Below are positions 28,843 to 37,216 of a stretch of 64,000 nt of DNA, one piece after another. A model generated the notes under the pieces. It ran no database searches and had not been told where the DNA came from. It worked only from the letters and a program-made list of their open reading frames with translations. Each line of letters starts with the position of its first letter. Position 1 is the first letter of the stretch. The DNA is from a virus (lineage: Duplodnaviria > Heunggongvirae > Uroviricota > Caudoviricetes), in IMG/VR virus record IMGVR_UViG_3300037280_000066, positions 118,061 through 182,060 of that record; one strand, given 5' to 3'. The position numbers and the translations under genes are program-made.

Positions 28843-29892
28843 TTAACGGTATATTGCGAACTGCTCAATTTGGTACATGTACTTATCCCTATCTTTAGTG
28901 TTCAGATTATCTCTGTATTGCTCCAATATCTGCATGTAATATTCCATTATGTAAAGATAGTTTTTGTTATGTAGTAAAGATTGATTGCTACTATATGCTA
29001 TCTTCTCAAATCCACCAATACTGTTAATATAATCTCTATACTTATACTGTTCCTCATTTAAATGCAGATATATATTATGATACACCCACTCTATACGTTC
29101 TAATATAGGTATACGGTATCTATTATTCCCACCTCTAATATATTTGTCACCATGAAATACTGCATCTGTATGTATTATTTTAATCAGATTGTATTTGTGT
29201 TCACCTAACTCTTTTATTGTTAAGTTTATAGTTTCTTTATTGATGCCAAGACTTTCTCCTATTTGTCTTTGCGTTGGATAAGCATAATGTTCCCTATAGT
29301 AATGATAGATAGGTTCTCCTGTCTCTGCATCAGGTGTTGTCCATACTCCAAAAAAAGAATAATTAACCAACATCATTGAATAAACTGCCCACTGTGTACT
29401 GCTTAACATTGGTAAGATATTCTTTAAAAATTCTACAGGCATTGCTATGTAACCATTACCCTCTTTTACTGTTGTGTTGAGATAATTACAGTCTGAATTA
29501 TACAATATACATACATTCAATGGTGTGTTGTTCTTAATGTCATTTACCGTACCATCTTCTGATACAATGCATATTACACCCTTGTTATGTAACAATAATA
29601 GTATATCTTTTACTTTTGTTGCCCTGATTCCAGTGAATTCAGTTATCATATTGATTGTTGTGGTTGCATAATAAGCATTATTGCTACTGCTCATAAGCCA
29701 GAATAACACATACCACCCATCTACAGTATATAAATCTCTAATAAAATTCTTATTTATACTGTCATATTTGATTTTCAAGAACTTTTTGTAATCTATCCCC
29801 TTATTATCCATCTCTTTATCCCTGTAAATGTAATTAGGTTCTTTCTTACCATATAAATCCATGATATCCTCCACACTTCCGATTTTGTTCAC
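28843..29892 (-). CDS. HTH-containing protein, paralog of 59836-60864 (candidate replication initiator or regulator)
   Basis: 349 aa; GTG start behind AGGAGGG; aligns over its full length (about one-third identity by eye) with the 342-aa protein encoded in opposite orientation at 59836; HTH-like YAYPTQRQIGESLGINKETINLTIKEL. Confidence 0.7.
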   Translation of the reverse strand: MNKIGSVEDIMDLYGKKEPNYIYRDKEMDNKGIDYKKFLKIKYDSINKNFIRDLYTVDGWYVLFWLMSSSNNAYYATTTINMITEFTGIRATKVKDILLLLHNKGVICIVSEDGTVNDIKNNTPLNVCILYNSDCNYLNTTVKEGNGYIAMPVEFLKNILPMLSSTQWAVYSMMLVNYSFFGVWTTPDAETGEPIYHYYREHYAYPTQRQIGESLGINKETINLTIKELGEHKYNLIKIIHTDAVFHGDKYIRGGNNRYRIPILERIEWVYHNIYLHLNEEQYKYRDYINSIGGFEKIAYSSNQSLLHNKNYLYIMEYYMQILEQYRDNLNTKDRDKYMYQIEQFAIYR

Positions 29893-29953
29893 TTCTTACA
29901 TCCCTCCTATTTCTTGTCTATGTTTGTATATTATACTACACCCTACCTTCTTC

Positions 29954-29984
29954 ATTATACTACCTATATTGTCCATTTGTCAAG
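29954..29984 (-). promoter_or_regulatory. sigma-A-type promoter (TTGACA-18/19-TATAAT) for paralog 1
   Basis: Minus-strand read: TTGACAAATGGACAATATAGGTAGTATAAT. Confidence 0.45.
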
Positions 29985-30128
29985 TTGTTGTTATAAATTT
30001 GCCTTAAATCAACACCATTATTAATAATAACCGATAATATGATGAAAAGTGTTGAAAAATAATGAAAAACTACTAATAATAATCAAAAAACATACAAAAA
30101 TCATTGAAAAATATTTCTTGACTTTCTA

Positions 30129-30157
30129 TTATTGGCATGATATAATTGATTTGTATA
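30129..30157 (+). promoter_or_regulatory. sigma-70-type promoter (TTGACT-17-TATAAT) of the SIR2 cassette
   Basis: TTGACTTTCTATTATTGGCATGATATAAT, then AAGGAGGG RBS. Confidence 0.6.
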
Positions 30158-30179
30158 AGATAACTTAAGGAGGGAAAAG

Positions 30180-31007
30180 ATGTTACCTAGTGAAGCGTTA
30201 AATAAATTTGCTATAAAAGATATACAATCAGTGAGTATTAAAAATATGACTACTGGTGAGACAGTTATGCACTTTGACTACCCTTATGATAAGAATGATA
30301 ACTTGACTGATACTATTATTAAACAAAGTATTAATACATATGTTAGGAGAATTGTTAATGATGGTATTTCTGATACATCTATTCTAAAAGGGGTAGTAGA
30401 GGATGGCTATCATGATAACTATATTGACCAACAAAGAGTTTATAAATTTTCTACTAATGATAGTAATAGAAAGTTTGCTATTGCTATCCCTATACCTCAC
30501 AGCTTCTCTCCCCATATTAGAAATACCTTTGGTGAGATTATGGTAAATGCAGAGAGATATAATATTCCTACATTTAAATCTAGAATGCAAGAGGAAGAAT
30601 ATAAACAAAATAACTATAAAATAATTACTGATTATATTAAGTTTCAACAAAAATGTGAAGAGGGAATGTCACAACTTAGAAATAAACCCATACCTCCTTT
30701 TCCTATACCTCTTGATAATGTTATTATTCATGAGAGGTTTGAATTACCTAAAGTACTTAATAACATATTGCCTAAGTGTAAGTTCTGTGGCAAGAGACAT
30801 TTCTTCTGGATGAATGGTTACAAAAATAATATTGATGAAACTTGCTTATGTAAGAAATGTTGTGTATCATATGGTATCACTGGCAGTAAACAATATAAAG
30901 AAAATAGATTCTATGCCATTGAGAAAATTAGACAACATGTGAAAGACCATGTAAAAGATGATTTTCCTAGCAGTAAACTAATTAATTTTGAAGAGGATGG
31001 AGAATAA
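30180..31007 (+). CDS. hypothetical protein with C-terminal Cys cluster (cassette gene 1)
   Basis: 275 aa; AAGGAGGG RBS; CKFCGKRH...CLCKKCC. Confidence 0.65.
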   Translation: MLPSEALNKFAIKDIQSVSIKNMTTGETVMHFDYPYDKNDNLTDTIIKQSINTYVRRIVNDGISDTSILKGVVEDGYHDNYIDQQRVYKFSTNDSNRKFAIAIPIPHSFSPHIRNTFGEIMVNAERYNIPTFKSRMQEEEYKQNNYKIITDYIKFQQKCEEGMSQLRNKPIPPFPIPLDNVIIHERFELPKVLNNILPKCKFCGKRHFFWMNGYKNNIDETCLCKKCCVSYGITGSKQYKENRFYAIEKIRQHVKDHVKDDFPSSKLINFEEDGE

Positions 31008-31008
31008 A

Positions 31009-31335
31009 ATGGATGCCAAACAGTTAAGTGAATTACAAGAAAAGTTAAAGGAAGCAGAAAAGATAAAAGGCATAATTAATAAGATTCAACAAGTGAAAGA
31101 GATTTACACTAAGAGAGATTTAGATGTAGGTAATATACAACTTACATATGATGTTTCTGAATCATCAGGTTGGGGCAGTGATGAATATGAAAAAGATGTT
31201 TCTCATTTATTTAACTTCAATGCTACACAACTTGGCATAAGTCAACAAGAATTCACTGAGTTATATAAAACAGTTATAATGCTCACATTGAAAGAATTTG
31301 AAAAAAGATTGATTGCTTACTATGATACTATTTAA
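31009..31335 (+). CDS. hypothetical coiled-coil protein (cassette gene 2)
   Basis: Track ORF trimmed to ATG 31009 (MDAKQLSELQEK), 6 nt after GGAG; immediately after the stop of gene 1. Confidence 0.55.
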   Translation: MDAKQLSELQEKLKEAEKIKGIINKIQQVKEIYTKRDLDVGNIQLTYDVSESSGWGSDEYEKDVSHLFNFNATQLGISQQEFTELYKTVIMLTLKEFEKRLIAYYDTI

Positions 31336-31365
31336 GATAGGATGGAGAAAGGGAAGGGATAAGAA

Positions 31366-32037
31366 ATGAAAACTGGATACAGTGGTATGACTAAATCAGA
31401 AACTAGAGAGTGGAGAAATAACCTTACATATAAAGAACAATTACAGTTTGATATGGACAACATAGATACAGACTCAGAGCCATTACCTCAACACCACAGA
31501 CTGATATGTTTAACAGGGGCAGGTATTAGTAAGGAATCTGGAATTAATACTTTTGAAGAATTCCCTGAGTTGAGAGATAAACTCCATAGACATTATGCTT
31601 ATACTCATAAGGAAGATTATGAGAAAACTATTCAAGAATTCATGAAGATGATAGAAGGAAAAGAACCAAACTCTGCTCACTATGCTATGGCTCAATCTCC
31701 TTTTCAGCAAGTACCAATCATTACCCAAAATGTTGATGGACTCCATCAATTGGCAGGGAGTGAAAATGTTATAGAACTACATGGTAGACTGCCTGATACC
31801 ATAGTCCTTTATGGAGACTCAGCCCCCATGTATCAAGTTGCTATTGATTGTGTTAAAGACCTTAAGTATAATGATTCATACTTTGTTATTGTGGGAACTT
31901 CATTTACAACAACCATTGCTTCTGACTTACTGAAAATTGCTAAACAGAAAAAAGCTAAAGTATTTGTGATTAATGATAACGCAGGTGAGAGAGTACCAAA
32001 AATATTAAGTAACATTAGGCATGAATTGGGATGGTAG
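31366..32037 (+). CDS. SIR2-like (sirtuin-fold) NAD-binding protein, minimal form without Zn module
   Basis: 223 aa; LTGAGISKESGINTF, ITQNVDGLH and VIELHG motifs; no CxxC..CxxC insertion between the last two. Confidence 0.7.
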   Translation: MKTGYSGMTKSETREWRNNLTYKEQLQFDMDNIDTDSEPLPQHHRLICLTGAGISKESGINTFEEFPELRDKLHRHYAYTHKEDYEKTIQEFMKMIEGKEPNSAHYAMAQSPFQQVPIITQNVDGLHQLAGSENVIELHGRLPDTIVLYGDSAPMYQVAIDCVKDLKYNDSYFVIVGTSFTTTIASDLLKIAKQKKAKVFVINDNAGERVPKILSNIRHELGW

Positions 32038-32039
32038 TG

Positions 32040-32335
32040 AATATAATAAAAGGGTAGGTGAAGTGGGTATGGTATGGGTGTTAGCGTTAGTAGGGGCTGT
32101 TAGTGTTGTGGGTGCATTGAGTTACTATGGGTTGCTAGATGTTTGTGACTTGATTGAAGCATTGTGTGATGTGCTGAGTGAAATTGATTTTGATTAATGG
32201 TTGGAGGATGGAGTTAGGTAGGTGAAGTTTTTATGTGGTATGTTTTATTGTTTGTGCTTTTATTGTTTGATGAATAGGTAAGTGGTAAGTAGGGGCATGA
32301 TTTTTCAGGGCTAGAAATGGAAGTACCATGGTGGG
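32040..32335 (+). other. C-depleted (G+T+A) strand-skewed segment
   Basis: About 300 nt with only a few C on the plus strand; mirror counterpart (G-depleted) at 36520-36840. Confidence 0.6.
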
Positions 32336-32340
32336 GCGTT

Positions 32341-32572
32341 GGGAAATTATGTCACCTAATTATGTAAACCAGGGGCTACCATATTATGTAAACAATTTTC
32401 TTCCATATTATGTAAACCAAATATTATGTAAACAATTTCCATAAAATTATGTCAACTTTATTATGTAAACTTTATCCATTTATTATGTAACCCATATTAT
32501 GTAAACTAAAAAATAGACAAAAAAAAGAGGTATTATGTCACCCCTTTTAATTTTATTATGTCAAGTATTATG
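32341..32572 (+). repeat. iteron cluster 1: about 11 direct copies of ATTATGTAAAC (variants GTCAAC/GTCACC)
   Basis: Copies at about 32345, 32361, 32385, 32409, 32425, 32447, 32462, 32483, 32497, 32533 and 32556 with irregular 4-25 nt spacers. Confidence 0.8.
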
Positions 32573-32789
32573 GTAAATTATTTATGAAATCAAATATTTC
32601 TGTATAATGTTTTAATCTGTTAATATCATCCAAAAATAGATGTTTTTTCCTTCTCTTTTCAGCTTCCTTTAATTTGTTTTCTATTTCCTCTATCTGTATT
32701 AAAAGGTAATTTTTAACAGTGTTAATAGTTGCCATATATTGTAAACCTCCATTGTAAATTATTGTTAATAGTAGAATGTCAATAGCTAA

Positions 32790-33683
32790 TTAATGAATTT
32801 TACATAAATGGATTTTACCTTTATTAGTGTAGCAATTACGGCACTTCTTACACTTGCCAGCACAATTGACTATATCGTCAACACTTAAATTATGTTTACT
32901 AATAAATGTTAATACATCATCATAATTAGAATACGTTAAATAGATGTTAACATTTCCCTTTTTTAATAGGTCTTTTGGTATCTCATAACTACATAATGCA
33001 TCGAATGAAAGTTGTAAAGTAAAGTTTTTTGGTAACTTCTTTATGTCTTCAAACAATTCAAATTGTTTTGTATAGCTGTAAAATGTAACATTCTTATTAT
33101 CTTTAATTACTTTTAACCATTGGTTTAAATACTCTTTATTAAAGAAGTCCCCTTCTGTATGAATTCGTATTAAGTCGATATCATCGTGTAATATTTGCGT
33201 GTTTATTCTGGTAAAAAATTTGTTGCTATCTGTCAAGTATGAAAGTAAAACATTAAACCGACTTGACATATTATTTTTATAAAATTTGGACTTTTCACAG
33301 TAACAATATTTAGAGCATACCGAACAACGTTCTTTATGGCAGATATTGTTATTTTTGGTAAAATCTGATAATAGTTGAATCTCACTATTAACGTTGTCAT
33401 TAGTTAACATAAATTCATTGAATGCAGTAATACTGTTAATATTTGGAATAAAGAAGTAATAAGATTCCATTTTTTTATTCATTCCATTTTTTAGGATATC
33501 AAGTTTAGGATTATATTTCATTAACATAATTTCTTTACTTAATTTGTCTACTAATACACTTTGTTTTTGTTCTTCTGTTTTGGCAATGTATCCAGTTGTT
33601 ACCTTCTTTGTTACTACCTTTGTTGTTACTGTTTTTGTTGTTACTACCTTTGTTGTTTTAGTTGACATTGTTTTAGTTGACAT
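32790..33683 (-). CDS. Cys-rich protein with N-terminal T/K/V repeats (putative Fe-S or Zn protein)
   Basis: 297 aa; GAAGGAG RBS; MSTKT x2 then TKVVTTKTVTTKVVTKKVTT; clusters CHKERCSVCSKYCYC and CAGKCKKCRNC. Confidence 0.6.
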   Translation of the reverse strand: MSTKTMSTKTTKVVTTKTVTTKVVTKKVTTGYIAKTEEQKQSVLVDKLSKEIMLMKYNPKLDILKNGMNKKMESYYFFIPNINSITAFNEFMLTNDNVNSEIQLLSDFTKNNNICHKERCSVCSKYCYCEKSKFYKNNMSSRFNVLLSYLTDSNKFFTRINTQILHDDIDLIRIHTEGDFFNKEYLNQWLKVIKDNKNVTFYSYTKQFELFEDIKKLPKNFTLQLSFDALCSYEIPKDLLKKGNVNIYLTYSNYDDVLTFISKHNLSVDDIVNCAGKCKKCRNCYTNKGKIHLCKIH

Positions 33684-33773
33684 AATATCTCCTTCTGGGT
33701 AAACCTGTTACCCTTGCCACGTTGGGCATTATTTTTTATTTTATGTTAATGTTATATTGTTACTTCTTTATGT

Positions 33774-34307
33774 TTACCAACAACACCTTTGCAAGTTGGC
33801 ACGTTTGGCACGTTCACGAATTGCGTTATAAGAATAATGATTTTCCCATACACTGGAATTTAATCCATAATCAATAATTACATAATTTCCCTTTTTATTA
33901 AGTCCCCAACTTCTAGCACATTTTATGTCACCCTCTAATAAATCATAGTTGGTTTTCATATCCTGTAAAAAATCGGTAAAATATCTTTCAATTTCCTTTT
34001 TTGTGAGATTTGTTTCATTATCAACATTGAATGCAACATAATTTTTTATTGCGTTGATACCTTTGACCTTTTCGCAATGTTCACATATAACATAAGTGTA
34101 ACATGATGATATTTCAATTACTGGGTTCAAATATTTGCTTTCACCTGATAACGTGTATTCGGTTTGGTTTTGGTCATAACCTTTATTGTTAAACGCTACT
34201 TTACAAACTAAACCAGATTTTAAAAGATATACTTTTCTAGATGTTCCCTTTCCTATCAATAACCCTTCTTTGATTTCATCAACGATATTATCCAAATTAT
34301 AACCCAT
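33774..34307 (-). CDS. small protein-kinase-like protein
   Basis: Start at the second ATG (MGYNLDN) behind AAAGGAG; glycine-rich loop IGKGTSRKVY plus VCKV lysine; YVIIDYG DFG-like motif. Confidence 0.5.
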   Translation of the reverse strand: MGYNLDNIVDEIKEGLLIGKGTSRKVYLLKSGLVCKVAFNNKGYDQNQTEYTLSGESKYLNPVIEISSCYTYVICEHCEKVKGINAIKNYVAFNVDNETNLTKKEIERYFTDFLQDMKTNYDLLEGDIKCARSWGLNKKGNYVIIDYGLNSSVWENHYSYNAIRERAKRANLQRCCW

Positions 34308-34362
34308 TGTTTTATTCTCCTTTGTATGTTGCACCTAGCAACGTTTATTATTGTTTAACTTG

Positions 34363-34425
34363 TTACCCTCTATATATCGACAAACTTTTTAAATACCTTA
34401 ATACTTTTTTTAAAAATTATTCACT
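34363..34425 (-). promoter_or_regulatory. upstream element copy 1 (ATATATCGACAAACTT...AATACTTTTTT...) for the kinase-like gene
   Basis: About 60-nt motif repeated at 34935-35000 upstream of the methyltransferase gene; no TTGACA/TATAAT on the minus strand. Confidence 0.45.
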
Positions 34426-34429
34426 ATTT

Positions 34430-34912
34430 TTATAAAATTAAATAACCCCCATTTATTAAGCCCTTTTGTATTTTTGCAGTTGGGAAAAATTGTAAATATT
34501 CCTTTGTTAATTCGTTTCTTTGATAGCAATCTTTTTTACTTTGTTTTCCTTTGTTGGTTTTGTCCCCTTCATAGACTTGTACAATATAGGGAACGTTAAA
34601 ACTTGTTATCAGGTGGGCAATGTCTTTTATTGTGTCGGTGGAATCAATAACATTTAAAACATTATTACAAATAATCAAAGAAGGTTCACAATGTAAAGCC
34701 CTTTGATTGTCTTCATTGGTTCGATTAAATTTGTCATAAATGAATAAATCAATGTTGTATTCCTGTTTTAAAAAGTCTTTTAAATTGTCGAATTTTCCCC
34801 CTCCAATGTCGAGAACCTTTGAACCCTGAAAAGCATAAAAAGGAATTTTTTTCGTTGATGCAGGTAACTTGTTTTTGTTTATTGATGTTGTGGCACTTGT
34901 TAATATTTGCAT
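34430..34912 (-). CDS. SAM-dependent methyltransferase (small)
   Basis: 160 aa; motif I VLDIGGGKF; GGAGGG RBS. Confidence 0.65.
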   Translation of the reverse strand: MQILTSATTSINKNKLPASTKKIPFYAFQGSKVLDIGGGKFDNLKDFLKQEYNIDLFIYDKFNRTNEDNQRALHCEPSLIICNNVLNVIDSTDTIKDIAHLITSFNVPYIVQVYEGDKTNKGKQSKKDCYQRNELTKEYLQFFPTAKIQKGLINGGYLIL

Positions 34913-34934
34913 TGTTTAACCCTCCATATAATAA

Positions 34935-35000
34935 TTTTTTTGTTCTCTTAATATATCGGCAAACTTAATAAATACATTAATACTTTTTAAAAAATATTCA
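34935..35000 (-). promoter_or_regulatory. upstream element copy 2 (ATATATCGGCAAACTT...AATACTTTTTAAAAAA)
   Basis: Shares about 45 of 60 nt with 34363-34425. Confidence 0.45.
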
Positions 35001-35077
35001 TGTTTCTAAAATATTTTTTAGTATTCCATATACTTATTATTAACTAATATAATATAATTATGTTAACCAATAATTCC

Positions 35078-35232
35078 CTGTCATGACATGTTTTAACATG
35101 TTATTTTTTGTCATGACATATTCACCCATATAAAATTTTAAAATGTTTTCAATTGCGTATTTCTGTAAAGCCTTGATACTGTCAAAAAAATGATACCCCT
35201 ATAATATATCATTATCATGACATCATGACAAG
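35078..35232. promoter_or_regulatory. operator-like palindromes TGTCATGACA (x2) and TCATGACATCATGACA
   Basis: Perfect 10-bp palindromes at 35080-35089 and 35110-35119; tandem half-sites at 35213-35229; intergenic between the leftward cassette and the rightward RHH gene. Confidence 0.55.
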
Positions 35233-35369
35233 CTTTATTTTTTCAACTTTTTAAATTTTATACATGATTTTAATATTTATTTTTTCATTTATTAGTAGAG
35301 AAATAATATACATTTTTTCCCTATCATGATATAATGATTTATAAAATTTTATAGTGAGGTGTTTTTTAT

Positions 35370-35555
35370 ATGGAAACAATGGAAATGTCAAAAGGTCAAG
35401 ATGAAAAAATGAAAAAATATCAATTTTACTTATTGCCAACAACTGTAAAAACCTTGAAAAATTTACTAGTATTCAAAGAAGAGGACACAAAGGAAACAAT
35501 GACAGATTTTGTAAGAATTGCCATTGAAAGGGAAATACAAAACAGAAACAATTGA
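35370..35555 (+). CDS. ribbon-helix-helix (CopG/Arc-like) DNA-binding protein
   Basis: 61 aa; KKYQFYLLPTTVKTLKNL...DFVRIAIEREI has an RHH-like pattern; GTGAGGTG RBS; extended -10 TGATATAAT at 35326. Confidence 0.5.
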   Translation: METMEMSKGQDEKMKKYQFYLLPTTVKTLKNLLVFKEEDTKETMTDFVRIAIEREIQNRNN

Positions 35556-35922
35556 TAATATATTTTTTACTTTTATTCCCTTATTTAAATAACCTTCAAA
35601 AGGTTATTTTTTATTTATGCTCATTTTATATTATTGTAAACTTTTTATGCTCTTTAAATATTAAATCATAATAGCATAAAGTCATTTAATATTTAAATCA
35701 TATTATATCAAATACCCTAAAATATTTAGGTAAAAAGGCAATATTGCATCAAATCAATTTTTATTGATATAGTAGTATAATAACACCCCTTTAATATTAA
35801 CGTGCCTTAAATAGCTTCTAGTAAGCGAATAATGGCAGGTAAACGAATTATGTTAACTAGTTGATTCCCTTATTATTCCATGCTATAATTATCATGATAG
35901 ATTTTATTAGGAGGTGTTAAAA

Positions 35923-36096
35923 AATGGAAAAGGAAAAAATTGACAATGAGTATAGAAGTTACGAACAAATGTTTAACTTCCTTATGTATACTGATTTTGT
36001 CAACTTGAAAGATGATAAAAAAATGAAAGTCATTAAAGAGATTCAAAATATTAAAATGGAAAAATTGCAATTGATACCACATAATAAGAATACATA
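35923..36096 (+). CDS. small hypothetical protein (57 aa)
   Basis: Not in track; TTAGGAGGTG RBS; TTGATT-17-TATAAT promoter at 35863-35891; supersedes the antisense track ORF 35873-36130. Confidence 0.45.
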
Positions 36097-36182
36097 ATAA
36101 AGGGGAAAAATACAAATGAGCATAAAACAAACAAACGAAAAAAACATGGTTATAATTTACAAGTTTATCAGGTTTTTAATAA

Positions 36183-36207
36183 AAAGGGTAACAAACCCTT
36201 TTTTTAT
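36183..36207 (+). terminator. Rho-independent terminator
   Basis: AAGGGTAACAAACCCTT hairpin followed by TTTTTTAT. Confidence 0.5.
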
Positions 36208-36214
36208 ATCGTAA

Positions 36215-36445
36215 AGTTATTATGTAAACTGATAAGTGTAGAGGGATTATGTAAACTCATTATGTTAAGTTATTATGTAAAGTGATTATGTCAACTCATT
36301 ATGGAAATTTTTTATGTCAACCCCTGGCTAGGTGGCTCATAGTGCGAATTCTATGTCTTATTTACAGCAACTACAAAAACAAGCATGAGGTAAAATGGAT
36401 TCCCTACGTTTTGAAGAGGGATTATGTAAATTAAAATCCTATGTT
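36215..36445 (+). repeat. iteron cluster 2: about 7 copies of ATTATGTAAAC-type repeats plus 2 copies of TATGTYWTATTTACAGCAA
   Basis: Copies at about 36219, 36248, 36263, 36275, 36288, 36316 and 36422; secondary repeat at 36352 and 36437. Confidence 0.75.
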
Positions 36446-36519
36446 ATATTTACAGCAAGCGTTTTGTAAACCACACAAATAAATAATTTACATAACTCGC
36501 AGGGGTAACAGAATTTACC

Positions 36520-36840
36520 AAGGGAGCGTGTTTCAAAATAAAATAACCAAAACCAAATTAAACAAACACCTTATTCCCCTCACCTCTAATTACCTTTACA
36601 CACCAACAAATAACTCCACTCTTCTCTTAATCCACACCCACAATTTTCCTCTCTATAATTTCCACTCCCTCCCTCTTCCCTCACACTTCAACATGAACAC
36701 ATATAAACTCATTCTACACAACACTTTCCTTATCTTAATCACCTCCAAAAATAACAAATACTCACCTATGCTTCGCCACATTTTTATCCTCTCTCAGACC
36801 TCTGTATATCCATATAATAAGCCAAACTAAAAACTACATT
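36520..36840 (+). other. G-depleted (C+A+T) strand-skewed segment
   Basis: About 320 nt nearly devoid of G on the plus strand; inverse composition to 32040-32335. Confidence 0.6.
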
Positions 36841-36934
36841 TCATATATAAAATAATGATAACTCACGAAGATTACAATTGACTACATCTAACATTACAAA
36901 TAAAAACTAAAAAAGTAAAATAGTAAAATAGGTA

Positions 36935-36964
36935 TTGACAATGTTATTATAGGCATGATACAAT
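36935..36964 (+). promoter_or_regulatory. early promoter (TTGACA-N18-TGATACAAT)
   Basis: GTATTGACAATGTTATTATAGGCATGATACAAT. Confidence 0.55.
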
Positions 36965-36994
36965 TAACACAATAAACTTAAGGAGGTTGAGTGT

Positions 36995-37216
36995 ATGTTG
37001 AATCATAGAGAGATAAGTAAAGGACTGGTCTTATATATTAATGATGAAAGGTTGCATTTGAGGGACAATGGCACACAGATAGAGGACACAACAACTGATA
37101 AATTGTTTGTATCATTTGCTCAATGGTTAGAAGAGTGTTTTAATATAAGTCTAGAAGCGTATAATGAAACACTTAAGCTATATAATATAATAGAGAATGA
37201 GGTGCGTAAGGTATGA
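36995..37216 (+). CDS. hypothetical early protein
   Basis: 73 aa; AAGGAGG RBS. Confidence 0.6.
   Translation: MLNHREISKGLVLYINDERLHLRDNGTQIEDTTTDKLFVSFAQWLEECFNISLEAYNETLKLYNIIENEVRKV

Noticed and set aside
32341-32572. Possible CRISPR array
   Set aside because: The repeats are only 11-12 bp, the spacers are 4-25 bp and irregular, and there are no cas genes. This is an iteron-type array, not CRISPR.
35873-36130. 85-aa minus-strand ORF
   Set aside because: It is antisense to a plus-strand 57-aa gene that has a strong promoter and RBS. Its product is a low-complexity F/L/I-rich peptide.
36528-36830. 100-aa plus-strand ORF in the G-free segment
   Set aside because: Sequence without G cannot encode TAG or TGA stops, so long open frames arise by composition alone. 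The product is low-complexity and has no RBS.
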